Of a stretch of 64,000 nucleotides of DNA, positions 18,757-30,017 are shown in pieces. Position 1 is the first letter of the stretch. Each line of letters starts with the position of its first letter. The notes under the pieces are model-generated. The model ran no database searches and was not told the DNA's origin. It worked only from the letters and a program-made list of their open reading frames with translations. Origin of the DNA: Nitrospirota bacterium (GTDB lineage Bacteria > Nitrospirota > UBA9217). Made by a program: the position numbers and the translations under genes. The stretch lies in contig CAVVOB010000028.1 in assembly GCA_963749655.1 (NCBI GenBank), forward strand, positions 160,001 to 224,000. The letters are read 5' to 3'.

Positions 18757-21615
18757 CTAGAGTACCATACCCTCTTCAGGGTATTTTAGGGGTAGGGGGA
18801 TCCGGATCCTGATGCAGGCACCCGGTCCTGGGGAAATCTCCGCTGACCCGCCGAGCTCGCCTGCGCGTTGTTTCATGTTCGAAAGACCCCTGCCGCCGCA
18901 GGCATCGGTCTTCAGTCCCACGCCGTCGTCCCGGACGATCAACTGCACCTCCTGCGGCAGGACTTCCAGAAGCACGGCGACCTGACGCGCTTTCGCATGT
19001 TTGATAACGTTCATCAGCGCTTCCTTATAGATCTTGAATAAGTTGACCCACAGCAGGCTGCCGGGCTGCTCCCGGTCTTCTGCTATATCGGTTTTCAGGT
19101 CAAAACCGATGCCGTGCGGTTCGAGCATGCTGTTCCCCTGATTCCTGAGCTCCACGGCCAGGGTTCGCCAGTTGAGCTCCTTGCTGTCCAGGCTGTGCAT
19201 AAAGCTCCGGATTTCTCCGATCCCCTCACGGGAGAGCCGCGAGATGATCGCCAGCTTTTTCTTGATGCCCTCGATGTCCTCGGACTTCTGCGCCAGCTCC
19301 GAAAGTATGCTGATATTGGTCGTGATCCCGCCGATCCCGTCATGGAGATCCATGAGGATCTTTTCCTTCTCCAGGACATGCCGCTTTTCCTCGCCTATCC
19401 GCTGCTCGTACAGGTTCACCATCTCCGCTTCCGCACGCTTCCGGTCCGTGATATCGAACAACGTGGCGATGACTGCGGTTTTCCCCTCGTACTCGATGAC
19501 GCCGGCGGTCATGCTGATCCACCGTAGTTCGTTGTTCTTCGTGACGATTGCATATTCATATTCCGGGGGAACGTTCTCCCCTCGCATCCGGGCCTCGCCG
19601 CGCCGGCGTACCGTGTCCCGATAATCGGGATGGATGATGTCCCAGAAATCCGTGGTCATGAGCTCGGCGCGGTCCCGGCCGGTCAACTGTTCACAGGCGG
19701 GATTCACGTAGATCAGCCGGCCTTCCCGGTAGATGATGATCCCGGCCGTCGTCGTCTCCGCCAGGGTCCGGAACCGGGTTTCGCTTTCCAGCAGGGATCG
19801 GGTGGCAGCCTGCAGCTCCTGATAGTAGCGCTCGCGCTCTTCCTCCGCCCTCTTTCTGCCGGTGATGTCGATGAGCGTTCCGAGGACTGCCGACTGTCCT
19901 TCATATTCGGTGACGCCGGCCGTCATGAGGACCCATCGCTCTGCGCCGTTCTTTCTGACGATCTTGAATTCATACTGCGTCGGCGCATCGCCGCTGCTGA
20001 GCCGCTCGCGAGCTCTCTCCCGGACAAGATCGATGAAAGCAGGGTGCACCAAGCTCATGAAATTCATGGTCAGATATTCCTCGACCGTATACCCTCCGAT
20101 TATCTCGGCAGCCTTGTTCGCATACAGGAAGTTACCGCCCTGGTGGATGAAAATGGCAATCGCCGCCGTATCGGCCAGAGTGCCGAATTTCTGCTCGCTC
20201 TCCTTGAAAGACCGCCGCGCCTGCCGGGCATCTTCGTAAAGCCGCGCATTCTCGATGGCCACGGCCGTCTGACCGGCCAGCATTTCCAAGAGGTCGATGT
20301 CGCTCTGGACATAGGGCTCCCCGTTGCCCTTGCGGCCCAATACGATGAACCCCCTGACGTCTCCTTTGTAGCCCAGGGGGATGATCAGTTCCGCCGACGT
20401 TGTTTTCATGTACTCGCAGACGATGGCGATGCTGTTGTCGGAGCTCGTTCGGTCGAGCTCCTCCCGCACGATGATCTCCTGCGTCCGGCGCAGCAGGTCG
20501 ACGACGGCGGTGTTCACGGGGCAGCCGTTTGCGCTTTCGCCCCGAACGCTGCGGTCAGGCTGACGCGTGACCCAGTCGTTCTTCTCCCGGATGACGAGAC
20601 AGATATTCTCGACGCCGAGGCCTTTTTTCATGCTCGCAATGATGTAGTCCAGCAGCTCGTCAAGCTTGAGGATGGTGATGATCGCCTTCGTGGACTCCCT
20701 GAGCACGCTCTGATAATCGTATTTGTCCTGAAGCACCATCTGCTGGATCCGGCGCTGCACCGCCGGCCTGAAGGGCGTCCCGAAGAGGAGGACGCCGATG
20801 AACGAGAGCGACAGCATGATCGCGAGCGACTCACCGAGTGCGGGCGAAAGAATTTTGAACAGGAGGATGTGCACCAGAGATACCGCCAGGGACAGAAACA
20901 CCACGTTGAGCAGGCGGGAGATCATGACCCGCAGGTCGAAGAGCCGGTGCCGGGTGATCGCAAAATAGGTGAGCACGACCCAGGGCAGGCTGAAGTACGA
21001 AGCCAGGGCTGGGTCGACGGCGCCGACCACCGGCTGAATGCCGGCGATAACGATGCAGCCGCCGGTAAAGAACATCGTGCCGTACAGAAACAGGCTCAAC
21101 TGCTGCTTCTTGATGCCCGCCATCCGCGTTCGGGCGCGGTAGACCTCGATCAGAAGCCAGAGAGCCATGAAGGAGCCGATGATCCGGGAGGGCTCCTCCA
21201 GCGGTCCGTCGATGTTCACATAGGGAATCAGCGACGGGTCGCCCGGCTCGACCAGGTCGGTAAAAAGCGTCAGCGCGAAAATGACGGTCCAGAACGGGTA
21301 GAACGTCCATCCGACGATCCGTGCAACGCGGCTGTTCTCGTCCTGCAGGTAATAGATGAACTGGAGGCAGGCGGGAACCATGAACCAGCCGATCCAGGTA
21401 GCCCGGTTGAAGAAGTTGTAGTCTCGGCCCTGGGATGCCAGAGTATAGGAGACGGCGGTGCAGAACACGAAGACGGCGGCGGAAAAATAGAGGAGCGCGC
21501 CTGCCCGCATGGCACGGCTCCCGCCGGGCGCCTGCCTGAGGAGTGCCAGCCCGAGGATCACCTCGAGAATGCCGCCGGCGTAGAGCGGATAACTGATAAG
21601 GTGGTACAGGTCCAT
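18757..21615 (-). CDS. Membrane sensor kinase: 7TM-like N-terminus, GAF, 2 PAS, HisKA_3/HATPase
   Basis: AVAIENARLY GAF end, two PAS ending DITG/DITD, MDLHDGIG, NVIKHA, DDGVG, GRGLSNM. Confidence 0.9.
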   Translation of the reverse strand: MDLYHLISYPLYAGGILEVILGLALLRQAPGGSRAMRAGALLYFSAAVFVFCTAVSYTLASQGRDYNFFNRATWIGWFMVPACLQFIYYLQDENSRVARIVGWTFYPFWTVIFALTLFTDLVEPGDPSLIPYVNIDGPLEEPSRIIGSFMALWLLIEVYRARTRMAGIKKQQLSLFLYGTMFFTGGCIVIAGIQPVVGAVDPALASYFSLPWVVLTYFAITRHRLFDLRVMISRLLNVVFLSLAVSLVHILLFKILSPALGESLAIMLSLSFIGVLLFGTPFRPAVQRRIQQMVLQDKYDYQSVLRESTKAIITILKLDELLDYIIASMKKGLGVENICLVIREKNDWVTRQPDRSVRGESANGCPVNTAVVDLLRRTQEIIVREELDRTSSDNSIAIVCEYMKTTSAELIIPLGYKGDVRGFIVLGRKGNGEPYVQSDIDLLEMLAGQTAVAIENARLYEDARQARRSFKESEQKFGTLADTAAIAIFIHQGGNFLYANKAAEIIGGYTVEEYLTMNFMSLVHPAFIDLVRERARERLSSGDAPTQYEFKIVRKNGAERWVLMTAGVTEYEGQSAVLGTLIDITGRKRAEEERERYYQELQAATRSLLESETRFRTLAETTTAGIIIYREGRLIYVNPACEQLTGRDRAELMTTDFWDIIHPDYRDTVRRRGEARMRGENVPPEYEYAIVTKNNELRWISMTAGVIEYEGKTAVIATLFDITDRKRAEAEMVNLYEQRIGEEKRHVLEKEKILMDLHDGIGGITTNISILSELAQKSEDIEGIKKKLAIISRLSREGIGEIRSFMHSLDSKELNWRTLAVELRNQGNSMLEPHGIGFDLKTDIAEDREQPGSLLWVNLFKIYKEALMNVIKHAKARQVAVLLEVLPQEVQLIVRDDGVGLKTDACGGRGLSNMKQRAGELGGSAEISPGPGACIRIRIPLPLKYPEEGMVL

Positions 21616-21891
21616 CGTAATCAGGCCCCAGCAACTTCTTGCATTTTAATGCGCCAACAGTCGGATAAAGCGTCACTGCAACCGGCTGAAAACCAGCCGC
21701 AGAAAAATCAGCAGCACTGCATAAAAGAATTTTTTCCGGAATGGGATTGGGCAGAAAACTCTATACATAGTATTGTATGTTAGCACATAGATTACGTCAA
21801 GAGAATTTTGTTATTCAAAAAAAACACGGGTTTGTCCAAAAACAGGCGTCCTATGCCGGCCTTTCCTCCTGAAAGGCCACGCCCTTTTCGT

Positions 21892-21920
21892 TTGACAGGG
21901 TGAAAGTCCGGCGCTAGACT
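21892..21920 (+). promoter_or_regulatory. Sigma70 promoter of usp gene
   Basis: TTGACA-17nt-TAGACT. Confidence 0.6.
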
Positions 21921-21955
21921 TGAGTTGTAGACGATCGATATCAGAGGAGGGTGCA

Positions 21956-22417
21956 ATGCAGATCAAGACTATCCTGTTCCCGACCGACTTTTCCCAGGGC
22001 GCGCGAGCTGCCATGGACCATGCCGTATCGCTGGCCACGACCTACCATGCAAAGCTGGTCCTGCTCTACGTCATCCAGGACATCAGCATTGCCGAATGGT
22101 ATATTCCCTCGACGCTTTCCGTGACCGACCTCGTAGAGGACATGCAGAAGAGCGCTGATCAGGAAATGGCCAAATGGGTCGCCGAGGTCTCCTCCAAGGC
22201 CGGAAACGTGGAAAAACTTATCGTGCGGGGTGTGCCTTTCGTGGAAATCATCAAGACGGCGAAGGAGCTGAACGCGGATTTGATCGTCATCGGCACCCAC
22301 GGCAGGACTGGGATCGACCACATGCTCTTCGGCAGCACGGCGGAGAAGGTCGTGCGCAAGGCGTCCTGTCCCGTGCTCACGGTCCGGGTCGCAGGCAAGG
22401 AGTTCAAGATGCCGTAG
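21956..22417 (+). CDS. Universal stress protein
   Basis: ILFPTDFS, ADLIVIGTHGRTG, FGSTAEKVVRKASCPVLTV; GGAGG SD. Confidence 0.93.
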   Translation: MQIKTILFPTDFSQGARAAMDHAVSLATTYHAKLVLLYVIQDISIAEWYIPSTLSVTDLVEDMQKSADQEMAKWVAEVSSKAGNVEKLIVRGVPFVEIIKTAKELNADLIVIGTHGRTGIDHMLFGSTAEKVVRKASCPVLTVRVAGKEFKMP

Positions 22418-22444
22418 AGCCGGACGAATCCAGAACCCAAATAT

Positions 22445-22480
22445 AAAAAGCCCCACCTGTGGAAACAGGCGGGGCTTTTT
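22445..22480. terminator. Bidirectional intrinsic terminator
   Basis: aaaaagcccc-acctgt-ggaa-acaggc-ggggcttttt between convergent genes. Confidence 0.85.
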
Positions 22481-22512
22481 ATTTCGAAGTATCCGATCCT
22501 GCTTGCCGATAC

Positions 22513-24675
22513 TTACGGGTTGTACCGCGCAAGGACGAAGTAATAATCGGAGGCGTTCGGCGTGGTGGTGCCTGATACCACGATCTTGCCGTCCGAGGGC
22601 TGTATGGCAACGTCGAAGGCGGCGTCAAAGTCCGTCCCGATCGCGAGTGTCGTGACGCCGTCCCCGCTGAACGACGTGTCGAGGCTGCCGTCGGCACTGT
22701 AGCGGACAACGGCGAAATCCATGTTCGAGCCGTTGTGGTTGCCGCCGACCGCGACGATCCTGTTGTCCGACTGGACAGCGAGGCCCCGGATGATTTCGGC
22801 GGCAGTCCCGATCTGGGTGATGACCCTGCCGTCCCCGTCAAAGCTCGTGTCGAGGGCTCCATTGGAATCGTATCTCGCAAGCGCCATATCATTGTCGCTT
22901 CCGTTGTACGCATATCCTCCCGCGAGGATCTTGCCGTTTGTCTGGATGGTGACGGCGTAGGCCCCGTCATCGCCGCCCACGCCTCCCATATCGGTCACGA
23001 CCTTGCCGTCGCCATCAAAGCTCGTATCGAGCGAGCCGTCGGTATTGTACCGGACAAGGACGAAATCCTCATCATAGGTCACGCCGTTCGTTGTCTGTCC
23101 TGCCGCGATGATCTTGCCGTCGGCCTGGATGGCGACGCCGTACGCTGTGCTCGGCCAGTCCGTATAGATCGCAGTCCTTACCTTGCCGGTCCCATTGAAC
23201 GTCGTATCAAGGGAGCCGTCGGCATTGTAGCGTACGACGGCGAAATCGCCGTCATAAATCGTGTTTGATTCCCCTGCCACGACGATCTTCCCGTCCGTTT
23301 GAAGAGCTACGCTGCGCGCCCAATCCGTGATCGTTCCGACCTGGGTCGTAACGAGGCCGCCTGCGCCGAAGCTTGTATCGAGGGAGCCGTCTGTATTGTA
23401 CCGTGCCACGGCAAAGGCGCAATACACGCCGGGGTTGCTCTGGCAGGAGTCGCCGGCCACTACGATCTTGCCGTCGGACTGCATGGCGACGCTCTCGGCG
23501 TAGGAATAGGTCCTGACAGGAGTTGTTACGATGCCGTCCGCGTTGAAGCTCGTATCGAGGGAGCCATCGGTATTGTAGCGGACAACGGCAAATTCGTAGT
23601 TTTCGCCGTTTTCGAACGATCCCACCGACACGATCTTTCCATCCGCCTGGATGGCGACGCCCCTTGGAATATTCAGTCCGCTGACGGTGGTGGTGACAAT
23701 GCCGATCAGATTGAAGGTGGTGTCGAGCGTACCCGCGGGAGAAGGAGGAGCCGCGGTGATGACGGCCGAATCCGCCGTGCTGTCCACGGTCCCGTCATTG
23801 ACCGTAAGGCTTACCACATAGGAGCCGTCCTTGTCTGCGGTAAACGTGGGGTGCGACGCCGTAGCATCGGAAAATACCGCGGTGCTGAGCGGCGGCAGGG
23901 AGGTGAACGACCAGAGATAGGTCAGGTTGTCGCCGTTGGCATCGCTGCTGTTGCTCCCGTCGAGCGTCACCGTTGCTCCGGTGGCTACATTCTGGTCCAG
24001 ACCGGCATCGGCAACCGGGGCGGCATTGCCGCTGGAAGCCGTGATGGTGACCGTATCCGCTGCGCTGTCCACGGTTCCGTCGTTGACGATGAGGCTCGCC
24101 ACATACGTTCCGTCCACGTCCGCGGTGAACGTTGGCTGCGAGACTGTTGAGTCGGACAATACCGCGGCGCTGATAGGCGGAGCGGAGATGATTGCCCAGG
24201 AATAGGTCAGGCTGTCGCCGTTCGCGTCGCTGCTGCCGCTTCCGTCGAGCGTCACTGTCGCTCCGGTGGCTACGTTCTGGTCCGGGCCTGCGTTGGCGAC
24301 GGGGACGGCGTTCCCTGAGGCCGCCGTGATGGTAACCGTGTCAGCGTCGCTGTTCGCTGTTCCGTCGTTGACCGTGAGGCTGAGAACATAGGGTCCCTCC
24401 GCATCGGCGACAAACACAGGCTTGACTGCGGTTGCGCTGGACAGGACCGCCGTGCTTCCGGCGGGTCTCGCCGTCAATGTCCATGCATACGAGAGCGTGC
24501 CTCCGCTCGAGCTGCCGCTTGCGCTTCCGTCGAGGGTCACCGTCGACCCGGTCACGACACTCTGGTCGCGGCCGGCGTCCGCAACAGGGGCCGCGGGATT
24601 GTTACTGTTATTCGAGCTGCACCCGGACAGGAGTGCAAACATAAAAACGAGTGATACAAGCAATAATCGCTTCAT
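22513..24675 (-). CDS. Surface lipoprotein: 3 PKD-like domains + 7 delta-60 repeats (beta-propeller)
   Basis: Lipobox LLSGC; PVADAGxDQ..VTLDGS x3; RYNxDGSLDTSF / QxDGKIV x7. Confidence 0.88.
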   Translation of the reverse strand: MKRLLLVSLVFMFALLSGCSSNNSNNPAAPVADAGRDQSVVTGSTVTLDGSASGSSSGGTLSYAWTLTARPAGSTAVLSSATAVKPVFVADAEGPYVLSLTVNDGTANSDADTVTITAASGNAVPVANAGPDQNVATGATVTLDGSGSSDANGDSLTYSWAIISAPPISAAVLSDSTVSQPTFTADVDGTYVASLIVNDGTVDSAADTVTITASSGNAAPVADAGLDQNVATGATVTLDGSNSSDANGDNLTYLWSFTSLPPLSTAVFSDATASHPTFTADKDGSYVVSLTVNDGTVDSTADSAVITAAPPSPAGTLDTTFNLIGIVTTTVSGLNIPRGVAIQADGKIVSVGSFENGENYEFAVVRYNTDGSLDTSFNADGIVTTPVRTYSYAESVAMQSDGKIVVAGDSCQSNPGVYCAFAVARYNTDGSLDTSFGAGGLVTTQVGTITDWARSVALQTDGKIVVAGESNTIYDGDFAVVRYNADGSLDTTFNGTGKVRTAIYTDWPSTAYGVAIQADGKIIAAGQTTNGVTYDEDFVLVRYNTDGSLDTSFDGDGKVVTDMGGVGGDDGAYAVTIQTNGKILAGGYAYNGSDNDMALARYDSNGALDTSFDGDGRVITQIGTAAEIIRGLAVQSDNRIVAVGGNHNGSNMDFAVVRYSADGSLDTSFSGDGVTTLAIGTDFDAAFDVAIQPSDGKIVVSGTTTPNASDYYFVLARYNP

Positions 24676-24767
24676 GACTTTCCTCCTTTGAAACTTTCTC
24701 TTTATGTCATCCGGAATCACTGCTAGGAGTATCAAACCAACCCCGCAAATCCCCGTCAGTTCCCGAT

Positions 24768-26454
24768 CTACTTGAATCTCCAGATGGCCATGTCGTAATA
24801 CGGGTCTATTTCTCCATTTTCACTGGCTCCTGCGACCACTATCCGTCCCGAAGGAGTCAAGCGTGATGGCGTAGCCCTCGTCATTGCCTCCGCCCGCCGC
24901 GCCGTCGTTGATCGCATATCCTGTGCCGTTGAAGGTCGTGTCGAGCGTGCCGTCGGTGTTGTACCGCCAGATGGTCAGATCGCTGTTGCCATCGGCATTT
25001 TCGCTCAGTCCTGCGACCGCTATCCGCCCAGAGGAGTCGGTCGTGATGGAGTAGCCTTCGTCACTGCCGTTGGTTCCGCCTGCCGCTCCGGCGTTGACCG
25101 CATATCCCGTGCCGTTGAAGGTATCATCGAGAGTGCCGTCGGTGTTATATCTCCAAATGGTCATATCGGTATCGGAGGCTGCGTTCATGCTGTATCCAGC
25201 AACCAGGATCCGTCCCGAGGAGTCGAGCGTGACAGCGTAGCCGATGTCGCTTGCGGTGCCGCCCGCCGCTCCGTCGTGCACAGCATATCCCGTGCCGTTG
25301 AAAGTATCGTCGATCGTACCGTCCGTATTGTATCGCCAGACGACCATGTCGAAATTGCCGGCTGCATTCAGGCTGTACCCAGCAACCACTATCTTTCCCG
25401 AAGCGTCGATTGCGACGGCATTGCCGTAGTCGGCGCTGTTTCCGCCCGCCGCGTTGTTGTGGGCCGCATATCCCGTACCGTTGAAGGTATCGTCAAGCGT
25501 CCCGTCCGTGTTGTATCGCCAGACGACCATGTCCCAACCACCCGACGCGCTTACACTCTGTCCCGCAACCACTATCTTTCCCGAAGAATCGATCGAGACA
25601 GCGTTGCCCATGTCATTGCCGCTTCCGCCGGCTGCATTGTTATGAGCCACATACCCCGTGCCGCCGAACGCGGTGTCGAGCGTGCCGTCCGTGTTGTATC
25701 GCCAGACAACCATATCGTAATTACTGGATCCCCTGTTGCTGTATCCTGCGACCACTATCCGTCCCGAAGAGTCGAGCGTCATTGCTTTGCCATAGTCACC
25801 GCCGTTTCCGCCCGCCGCATTGTTGTGGGTCGCATAGCCCGTGTTGTTGAAGCTCGTATCGAGCGTGCCGGCGGCGTTGTATCTCCAGATCGCCATGTCG
25901 TAATCGCCGCCCGGTGCGGTGCTGTATCCGGCGGCTACTATCCGCCCCGAGGAGTCAACGGCGACGCCGTTGCCCCAGTCATTGAATATTCCTCCTGCCG
26001 CATTGCTATGGACCACATACCCCATGCCGCCGAACGTGGTATCGAGTACTCCGGCGGCGGGGCCTGTCGTTGTCGCCATGATCGTGACTGTGTCCGCCGT
26101 ACTGTCAACCGTGCCGTCGCTCACCACAAGACTCATCACATATGCTCCGTCCTTGTCAGCCGTGAAAGTCGGATTCACCAGGGTAGCGCTTGACAACACT
26201 GCAACGCTCCCTACGGGAACCGAGGTGAACGACCAGGCGTACATAAGCGCGTTCCCGTCGGCGTCTGTGCTGCCGCTGCCGTTAAGCAAAACCAGCGCTT
26301 CCGTTGCTATATTCTGGTCCTGTCCGGCGTTCGCCGTAGGAGCGGTATTGCTGCCGCCCGTACTTCCGCCTCCGCCGCCTTTGCAGCCTGCCACAAAGAC
26401 GGTTAAAGTGATTATTGCCGCCACTGCAGCAACTATCACACTGGATCGTTTCAT
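24768..26454 (-). CDS. Surface lipoprotein: PKD-like + 7 delta-60-like repeats (frameshift near 24850)
   Basis: Lipobox VAGC, Gly linker, WRYNTDGTLDxTF repeats; shifted C-terminus ...DMAIWRFK*. Confidence 0.85.
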
Positions 26455-26496
26455 ATTGGGCTCCTTTTTAAGTATGAGTTTGTCAATGAAATCCCC

Positions 26497-28137
26497 TTAC
26501 CGGTACTCGCTCTTGAAGATTTGCCTAAAGGTATCTACACGCTGCCACCACGATATTATTGCGTTGCCGTTATCATCCATGGACACATCCGGGTCATCAG
26601 CATCAGAGCCCGCGACATTGATACGATCAGCCAATGAAGCAGGGTTTGTCCAGGCGCCGTTCCGGTACTCGCTCTTGTAGATCGAATCATAATCGCCGTC
26701 GTATTGCTTCCAGGTGATAATTGCGTTTCCGTTATCGTCCATGGCCGCATCCGGAGCGTAGGCATCGTCGTATGCCGATTCAACGCTGATATGATCATCC
26801 AGTGAGGAGGGATTGATCCAGGCTCCGTTCCGATACTCGCTCTTGTAGGTTTGATTAGTTACGCCGTCAGATTGCGCCCACGTGATGATCGCGCTTCCGT
26901 TGTTGTCCATGGCCACTCGCGGATACTGGACTGATTGTCCGGCTACACTGATGTGGTCGTCCAATGACACCGGGTTCGTCCATATCCCATTGCGGCACTC
27001 GCTCTTGTAGACCTGATAGTTCGTGCCGCTGCTGTCATACTGTATCCAGATGATGATGGCGTCCCCATTGTTGCTCATAACCACCAGCGGAAACTCGACG
27101 GACGGTCCAGTAACGTTGATGTGGTCGCTGGTCGAGGTAGGATGGCTCCAGATCCCGTTGCGGTACTCGCTCTTATAAATCCGGTCATTTGTTCCGTCCC
27201 ATTGCGTCCACGTGATGATTGAGTTTCCGTTGTCGGCCAGGGCCACGTGCGGGTTCGAAGCATACTGCCCGGCGGCGGTGATTTGATCCGCGAGCGAGGA
27301 AGCATCGTTCCAAACGCCGTTGCGATATTCACTCATATATATCCGGTCGTATGCGCCGTCGAATTGATGCCAAGTGATGATAGCGTTACCATTGCTGTCC
27401 ATCGCCATCTGCGGATAATCCGCGGACTGTCCGGCGATGCCGATATGGTCGCTGGTCGATGTGGGATGGGTCCAGATCCCATTGCGGTACGAGCTCTTGT
27501 AGACCTGATTATTCGTCCCATCGGACTGTTGCCACATGATGATTGTGTTTCCGTTGTCGTCCATGGCGACTTCTTGTGAAATCGCATCCTGTCCTGCAAA
27601 GCTGATGTGGTCATCCAACGACGAAGGACTGATCCAGACCCCATTACGGTACTCGCTCTTGTAGATCTGATATTTTCCGCTGCTGTCAAACTGACACCAC
27701 GTAATGACGGCGTCGCCGTTTTTGCCCAGGGAAACCCGGGGGGAAAGGGCGTCCTGACCGGCCACGCTGATGTGGTCGCTCAATGAAGAGGGGTTGACCC
27801 AGGTCTTGTTCGCGCAGGCAACGGCGACCGCGGTCACATCTGCATCGGAACTGCCGCTGCCGTTGGTGACCGAACAGTTCTGGTTCGAGGGCCTTGATTG
27901 TATGATCACGCTGTATGCCGTGCCGTTTGAAACCGCAGTCGCGAAGGTGAACGCGCCGTCCCGCGTAATGGTCAGGTCGTCCGCACCGTTGTTCCGGAGC
28001 ACCAGCGTGCCGGACAGCCCGCTCACCGCACCGCCGACTGTATACGTTGATCCTCCTGACGAGGAGCCTCCGCCTCCGCTGCAGGCCACAATGAGAAAAA
28101 GCAATACCAGCAAAACAAAGCTTTTTATTTTCGACAT
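26497..28137 (-). CDS. Surface lipoprotein: Ig-like domain + 8 tandem ~54-aa repeats (probable 8-bladed propeller)
   Basis: Lipobox IVAC; repeat WxxPxSLxDHI..AMDxNGNAIITWxQxDG...YKSEYRNG. Confidence 0.85.
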   Translation of the reverse strand: MSKIKSFVLLVLLFLIVACSGGGGSSSGGSTYTVGGAVSGLSGTLVLRNNGADDLTITRDGAFTFATAVSNGTAYSVIIQSRPSNQNCSVTNGSGSSDADVTAVAVACANKTWVNPSSLSDHISVAGQDALSPRVSLGKNGDAVITWCQFDSSGKYQIYKSEYRNGVWISPSSLDDHISFAGQDAISQEVAMDDNGNTIIMWQQSDGTNNQVYKSSYRNGIWTHPTSTSDHIGIAGQSADYPQMAMDSNGNAIITWHQFDGAYDRIYMSEYRNGVWNDASSLADQITAAGQYASNPHVALADNGNSIITWTQWDGTNDRIYKSEYRNGIWSHPTSTSDHINVTGPSVEFPLVVMSNNGDAIIIWIQYDSSGTNYQVYKSECRNGIWTNPVSLDDHISVAGQSVQYPRVAMDNNGSAIITWAQSDGVTNQTYKSEYRNGAWINPSSLDDHISVESAYDDAYAPDAAMDDNGNAIITWKQYDGDYDSIYKSEYRNGAWTNPASLADRINVAGSDADDPDVSMDDNGNAIISWWQRVDTFRQIFKSEYR

Positions 28138-28189
28138 ATCTTCCTCCTATTTGCGTTGACTGCCCGCGTGCTTTTTTTGTCCCGTTCCG

Positions 28190-29370
28190 TTACCAACTCG
28201 GCCCTGCATCTGCGGGCGCGGAACCGAGCGACGGGGTAAAGTCAACGGTGCTGGTTGAACCGTTCTGATTACGGGTCGCCGGCTCGCCCTGCTGCCAGTA
28301 ATTATTGCCAAGGGGGATAGATCCCCTGTCTGTGACGAGAGATCAAGCATGCCCGCACCATCGAAAACATTGTAGGCTATCTGGCCTGCGCTTACCGGCC
28401 CTGCCGACGCGTTGATAAAATCCAGGACATAGTTGTCCGTTCCGGGCGCAATGATGTTGTGGTCCATTAGAAATCCTGTTGCCTGATGATCGCCGGAGAT
28501 CGTAGGAGCCAGTTTTGTAAGGCTGCAGTTTTGAATGATCGCCCCTGAGGAAGGCTGCAGATCCATTCTGGCGTAGTTGCTGTTGGCAATCAGGTAAAGG
28601 TTGAAAAATTTAGGCTTGCAGTTGGAAATATCGACAGCCTGACCGGTCTGCAGGTTGAGGACCTGAGCATTCTGGAACAAGGTCCCCTCGCCGGACCCGT
28701 AGTCGACGCAGCCGTTGATCGTGATCTTGAAACCCTGATCTGCAGCAAGCGCGGTGCCTGTTGCATGGGAAGAGAGCGTTGCGGATTGTGCGGTCGAGGC
28801 AAGTATCCTGAAGAGGCCGTTCACAACAAGGGAATTACCCTGCAGAATGTCGAGGGTGCTGTTGTCAAGAACGTACAGTTTCGTCCCGCTGCTGACGTTC
28901 ACGGATCCCTCCGAGTTGACGCTGCCCTCGACGATGTAAGGGCTGAGGTCGCTCGTCGTGGTGATCCCGGAGGCAAGGCTTGAGGCGAGTCGGGTGCCGT
29001 GGATGTTCTTTACAATATTCGAAGGGCTGGATTCAGCGTCGCCGACCGACGTTACCTGGTAATAGTGGACAGCTCCGTCGCCCTCCGGCGATGCGATCGC
29101 GTCGTCATAGGACGTTCCGGTTATCGGCTGGGCGTTTATTTTCGTAAAGACGGCGTTGTCCGTGCTTTTATAGAGGTTGTACCCGGTCAGATTTACGCCG
29201 GTGCTTGCCTCCCAGCTCAGGTGAATAGTTCCCAGCGATCCTGTTGCAGCCGGATTCGCGGGAACCGAAGGCGCAGACGCAGGGGCTGATCCGGCCCCCC
29301 CGCCTCCCCCGCTGCAGGCGGCTGTTATCAGGAAAAAAGCAAGCATCAATATACAGCCTTTTGAATGCAT
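28190..29370 (-). CDS. Surface lipoprotein: Fn3-like + beta-helix-like region (frameshift near 28310)
   Basis: Lipobox TAAC; LSW..GYNLYKS..YYQVTSV Fn3 pattern; shifted C-terminus GNNYW...AGPSW*. Confidence 0.8.
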
Positions 29371-30017
29371 CCTTTACCTCCCTTGTTTCGAGTGGCGGGA
29401 GCCGAAGGCTCCTCGAATTGCGCGACTCCCGGCCGGCAACCGACCGGGAGCGTCGCGGTTTGTCTATATCCCTTTCCTCTATCCTACGGATACGTTGCAT
29501 ACAAAATATTGCCTGCACTGGACCATACACCTCCGTAGGTCTGGATCCCCATCCAGTCGCCATCTGCCGGTGTTGATATCCCGTCTCCTCCGGTATCGCC
29601 AAGCTTGGAATCATCGTTGATCGAGGTAAAATAATTTCCCGTTCCCTGGTTGAGAGCCCCATACAGGTACACGCTGATTTTCCCATTCTGGAGGAACTTC
29701 AGGATAACGTTGTTCGCCAGAGTAAGGCTGCCGGGATTTGTGTTGCCGTCATCCCCTATAGCGAGCGTGTAACCCATTACATACGGAACTTCGGTGTTTG
29801 ACCAGGCTACATTGCCTTGCACTGCATAAAGCGTGGTGTCCAGGAATATGCCGTTGTACGTGTTCGTTACCGTAACACCGCTGACCACTGCGTGGAAGAT
29901 ATTGGAATTGTCGATATTCACCCGGCCGTTGATGTTGAGAGGCACGTCGTTATCATAGAAGGTGTTTCCTGTAATGATCGAGCCCGGACCAGCGCCCCGG
30001 AGGTTCAGCGCCGCGTT

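Noticed and set aside
15029-21783. Long antisense ORFs (634 aa at 15029, 717 aa at 19630 and many similar)
   Set aside because: Shadow frames of GC-rich genes with no recognisable motifs
22513-28137. Periodic ~160-180 bp DNA repeats as a CRISPR array or DGR template
   Set aside because: They are degenerate, in-frame protein repeats; no identical direct repeats, cas genes or reverse transcriptase seen
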